From positions 22,940,001 to 23,004,000 of the forward strand of contig CM022665.1 in assembly GCA_012295275.1 (NCBI GenBank): DNA of 64,000 nt, written 5' to 3'. This document shows, one piece after another, positions 59,285 through 64,000 of the stretch; the stretch's first letter is position 1, and the number at the start of each line of letters is the position of its first letter. Both the position numbers and the translations under genes were made by a program. The DNA is from Chrysomallon squamiferum (taxonomy: Eukaryota; Animalia; Mollusca). A model generated the notes under the pieces. That model had not been told where the DNA came from and did not search any database. It saw only the letters and a list, made by a program, of their open reading frames with translations.

Positions 59285-60412
59285 GGGGTTTTTTGTCGGA
59301 CAGATTTAAAAAAAAAAGTATTTGTTGTTGTGTTGTTCGATTTCGTCTTCTTTTTCTTCTTCTTCTTCTTATTATTATTTGACAGTTCTTGAGGATCTGG
59401 ACATATATATAATTATTATTACTACTACTACTATTACTGCCAAAAATATGAATGATTATTGCAATTTATACATGATGAGTTTTTTTTAAGCTAAAACTAA
59501 AATGTAGTCACAATTAGTAACGATTTCACTCATAACGATGATGAATGTTTAATTTTATATTTGTTAGGCTATAATCAGTACAAATAAAATAAAATAAAAT
59601 AAAATTTAATTAATTAAATTAAAAAGCATATTTTAAAAATACTAAATAAATAAATAAATAAATAAAAATAAAATTGTGCGGATTTTGTTTTTTAAAATAC
59701 CACTGTTGGGGAATTAAACATTTTTGTGTAGAAGGAAATCTGAATGAAATAAAATGAAATATAATAATAATAGTGATATATATATATTTTTTTTTAAAAG
59801 TATAAAAAAAAAACAGAATGTGTGACATGAAAAAAAGAATTTTGTTGTTTTAAAACAGTTGGTAGTAAACTTAAAATGTCAGCATGGAACAAATGCAGTA
59901 TTTTTATTTATTTATTTATTGTTTGTTAACATTAAATCAGTGTTTGTAACTTATTAAAGGTAATTACTGTGTAAGAAATATTTTCTACTTTTATAGAGTA
60001 GACAATGAAGAGAACGAGGTTCACTTTTTGTTCCTGAAGTGAACATGCTATTAAATTCGAGCTCCAAAGTCTCATATCCCAAAGCCACCAGTTGATTTAG
60101 TTCGGCACAGCAAGTTAGCATCTCTTGTGGAGTGGCATTTGTAAATGACCTCACGTAAAGAATATTGTTTGGTTGCACACGATTAATTATGTTAAATTTT
60201 AATAGGTCATGACAGTCACATAATAGAAACAGTGGCAATGGAGTCAGGATAAGTGATTGATAAATATGACGTGTTTGTTTTTGTTTTATATGAGTGTTAA
60301 TAAAAACCAGTTTGTCTTTAACGATCATGTTAGAATGTCCTTAACTCAGTTTGGGATGCGCCAAATAACCCGAACTCGTCGCATAGGAATTATGTTTTCA
60401 TCATCATCATCA

Positions 60413-60449
<37 letters not shown>

Positions 60450-60730
60450 GATTCTTTTTCATCCTCGTAATACTTTGGGGACGGGTGGACTTTATAGTTA
60501 AATGAGGCACACGGGTTCACTTGCTCAGAATTTACACAAATACAAATACAAATTTCTTCTTGCTTTCCCCAGGTTTTTGGTTGTTGTTGTTGTTGTTGTT
60601 GTTGTCCAAATTTGATTATGCGTTATTATTAATATACTCCCAGTGGAGTATAGTCTTTACAAAAACCAGTGAACCACCGTATACGCTTGTTTTAAGCCTA
60701 TAAATTCTATATGTAAGAAGGCATACAGCA

Positions 60731-60778
<48 letters not shown>

Positions 60779-61081
60779 TTAATATTTTTCTTTTTCTTCC
60801 ATTATAAATTATTATTGTTGCTGGATATGTCCTCAAGTTCGACTGCTATGTACAGGGTGTGATGCAAGTGGAAAATTAAAGTGTTAATGGGAGAACAAAA
60901 TGCCATGTTGTCATTTTATATAATTCGGCGGTGAAATGAATAAAAAGAAATAAAAGGAAACGAAAAAAAAAATTCTGAATTTTAAAATCCTTTATTTCTG
61001 CCCTGAATAATAAATCTAAACAAATATACAAAGCAAGTTAAATATTGCATTTAATAATAGCGTTAAAATGTGCGCGATACG

Positions 61082-61168
61082 ATTTCCATAACGATGACCT
61101 ACAACACGTGATGTCGCTTAGCCAATCTCATCAGAGCAATAAAGCTTCAATATGGCTGCCTTTCGTTC
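61082..61168 (+). promoter_or_regulatory. Candidate promoter and first non-coding exon of LRRC9
   Basis: CpG-containing patch with E-box CACGTG (61105-61110), CCAAT (61122-61126), X-box-like GTCGCTTAGCCAAT, YY1-like AATATGGC (~61149) and a donor TTC|GTAAGA at 61169. The next acceptor TTTTATTCAG| ends at 61624. Confidence 0.45.
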
Positions 61169-61703
61169 GTAAGATATTTTGGTTTACTCCATTTTGTTAG
61201 AGTAACTAAGTTTCAATAAAGTAAATCATTTCAGATGTATATTAACGGATTAATTATGAAAAACTAGTTCACAGGAATCCATTACTGAAAATATACAATC
61301 TTTAATTTAATTAAAAATACTAAATTATATGTTGTTTTGATCTCTTTTCGCCTACTGTTTTATTTCGATCACTGTCAATTGTTTGAAACGTAAACACGAA
61401 CGATGGCTGCCTGTACATTAATATTTATTATGGATTTAACAACGCGATTATGGTGCATCTCATGTTTATATTTAATATTTAAGATACGAAAAAGTATCTT
61501 ATATTTGTTACGAACATAACATATAACTAAAAAATAAAATAAAACGTATTTTTTATTTCGTACCATTCATTTCAATTACTATATGTTGTAAAATAAATAT
61601 TTTATTATGTTTTATTTTATTCAGATTATCAGGTTGAATTTATAAACCACATCATTTTCCAGTCTGGATTTAGTCATGTTAGCCAGCTTGGACCAAACTA
61701 ATC

Positions 61704-62227
61704 ATGTCAACCATGTCTTCAACTGGCACTGAATCAAGCACCGACTCATCAGTTATGGAATCACCTGCAAAAGAAAATGTGGCAAAACAGCAGACTGCAC
61801 CAGCTGTTAGTGAAACAGCAATTAAGCCTCCAGAACCAGTTGTACAGATACGGGTTAATCCTGAAGAAGAAATATTAAAAGAAGTTGTAAGTACAAATTA
61901 TGATTATTGTTCAAATGAAAAAATAAAATAAAATAAGAAAATAAATAATAATAATAATAATAATAATAAAAAATAAGTACAGTTATAAAATAAGAAAATC
62001 CAACAGCATACCTGTAAATAAATAAATAAAGGAAGAAGGAAATAATGTTCTTGTACTATCTAAAAAAAAAATGACATAAATTAATATTTTTTAATCATTG
62101 AATTACTGTTATTTTGGAGAGTTTAAAATATACTGATAGATAAACAAAAAAAAAAAAAAAAAAAAAAAGAAAAAAGAAAATACAACAAAAAGAAGTAGGT
62201 AAATAAATAAAATAAAAATAAAAATAA

Positions 62228-62285
<58 letters not shown>

Positions 62286-63494
62286 GTTATGCTTCAGAAT
62301 TACCTCTTTTTTTAAATATAACTGCAAATGATTATATAGAGAGAAAAAGGTAAATAAATGAAATGAAATGAAAAAAAAAAAAATATATATATCAATCATA
62401 TTATTTAAGTATTTTAGTAACTATAGTGATATCCACTGATATGAATTTATCTACTATAATGTTTTTCTGATTGAATAGTAAACCTAACACAATAATATTG
62501 TTTATCTATTTTGTTGATATTTTCCCATGGCAGTGTGTGAACAATGGAGTTAACTACAACAAGCTGCCTGTGGAGGGTCCCACAGTGCGAATGCTGGAAA
62601 TGTTTTTCTCTGGATACCCCAAAATAACAGGACTGCATCACTTTCCAAACCTGACCTCTCTGTGCATTATTGGCCAGACAATATCAAAAATACCCATTAA
62701 TGCTTTATCACCTGTAGCTGGTTGTCTTACAGAACTGTGGATATGTGAATGTCAGATAAAAGTGGGTCTGCTTTAACTTTTCTTTACTATTAAAACGTCA
62801 GGAATATATATTATAATTTTGTTTTTGTTTTATAGATTTTCTGATCTTAAATTAGTTTTGTAGATTGTTTTCATTATAAAAAATGTATTCAATTTAAACA
62901 TTTAAATGCTAATCAAAAGAGCAGAAGTAAAATATTATTCTTTGTGAAACTTTTTTAAAATTCACTTTTTTAATATTATTTCATTTTTTATATAATAAAA
63001 GTTTTTTACTGTTTTGATTGCAGAATTATAGAATTTTAATATGTTTTTATTATTTAAAAATATTGCTATTTATGATTAACAATTTACATTAATCAGATAT
63101 CACTGATTCATTTATGAGAGTAACTTACTGAAAAATCCTTTATAATTGTTCCATACAGCAATAAATAAATACATGTTTTAAGCAAATGTATTAATTTGTT
63201 TGTTGGTTGACTGTTCTTACTTGTTAATGCAGTTCATAATTATAATATTTTATTTCCATAAAACTACTACAATGAATAAATTTATATCTTTATAATATGC
63301 ATTCATATGTGTCTGTGCTTAAATGTTTTGTTTACATCTTTTTTTTGTTTCAGAAAATTGAAAATATTGATAAAATTTTGAAATTAAAGAAGCTGTATAT
63401 GTATGGAAATGAAATCTCAGTTATTGAAAATATAGCCAATTTAACTGAATTGGAAGTCCTCTGGTTAAGCAGCAACAAAATCACTAACATAGAG
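61704..63494 (+). CDS. LRRC9: Leucine-rich repeat-containing protein 9 (5' part; continues beyond the window)
   Basis: Exons 61704-61886, 62534-62761, 63354-63494 (all phase 0, GT-AG introns). The spliced sequence ...EEEILKEV|CVNNGVNYNKLPVEGPTVRMLEMFFSGYPKITGLHHFPNLTSLCIIGQTISKI...LTELWICECQIK|KIENIDKILKLKKLYMYGNEISVIENIANLTELEVLWLSSNKITNIE matches the vertebrate LRRC9 N-terminus as I recall it (EEIIKELCLCNG...[23 protein letters not shown]...LKELWIAEC). SDS22-type LRRs follow. Confidence 0.9.
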
Positions 63495-64000
63495 GTTTGT
63501 AAAAATGAACATATTTTTTTGTGTGTGTGTCTGTGTGATTTCTGTTTGTATGTGTTTGTGTGCATGTGTATGTGTGTGTTTGCATGGATGCTAGTGTGTA
63601 TGTGAGTGTTTGCTAATTTAGAGATGAGCTATTGTTTTTGATTAGAGGATATTTTATTAACATTTTCCTATAAACTGGACAACACATAGTGTGTCCCTAG
63701 ATAAACCAAACTGAAACATTTACTGGTGCATGAAATAGGCCAGTGGGGAGTACTGATTATTAATAATCCAACATTAGCACACTGCACTATCAGTACTCTA
63801 CACTACCATGACTTTATTGGTATTTCTCATGCATGTTAAACCACATAATATTTTTAATGGCTTTCTTGGAATTTATGTGTATTTGTCACCATTATATATG
63901 TTACCTGAAGAAATGTGCATAGCAAAATCATCCAAAAATAGTTACTGTAACTCTTCTATTTAGTTTTGTTTTAATAAGTGGAGAAATTTCACTGTTACTA

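Overview
AT-rich, microsatellite-dense, intron-containing animal DNA. A mollusc, possibly a gastropod, is my inference from composition and repeat style; I have not verified it. Nearly all ORFs in the supplied track are microsatellite artefacts, so the real genes had to be spliced by hand. From left to right: (1) an exon of an unknown minus-strand single-pass membrane protein at 473-837; (2) about 30 kb with no recognisable coding sequence, holding decayed SINE-like copies and a foldback element; (3) the main signal, a tandem cluster at about 31.4-60.2 kb of small secreted cysteine-rich genes with a prokineticin/colipase-type (AVIT/MIT/astakine-like, 'PK') cysteine skeleton; (4) the 5' exons of LRRC9 at 61.7-63.5 kb. 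In the cluster, genes A and B (+) encode signal peptide + PK domain only. Genes C (+), D (-) and E (-) encode signal peptide + WAP four-disulfide core + linker + PK domain, a fusion I do not recognise from any described protein. A decayed sixth copy (F) lies at about 58.7 kb. The paralogues also show a co-varying extra Cys pair, C-terminal Gly in three copies, opposite net charges, tandem splice donors that could switch the WAP domain in or out, and an AP-1-site minisatellite upstream of gene D.
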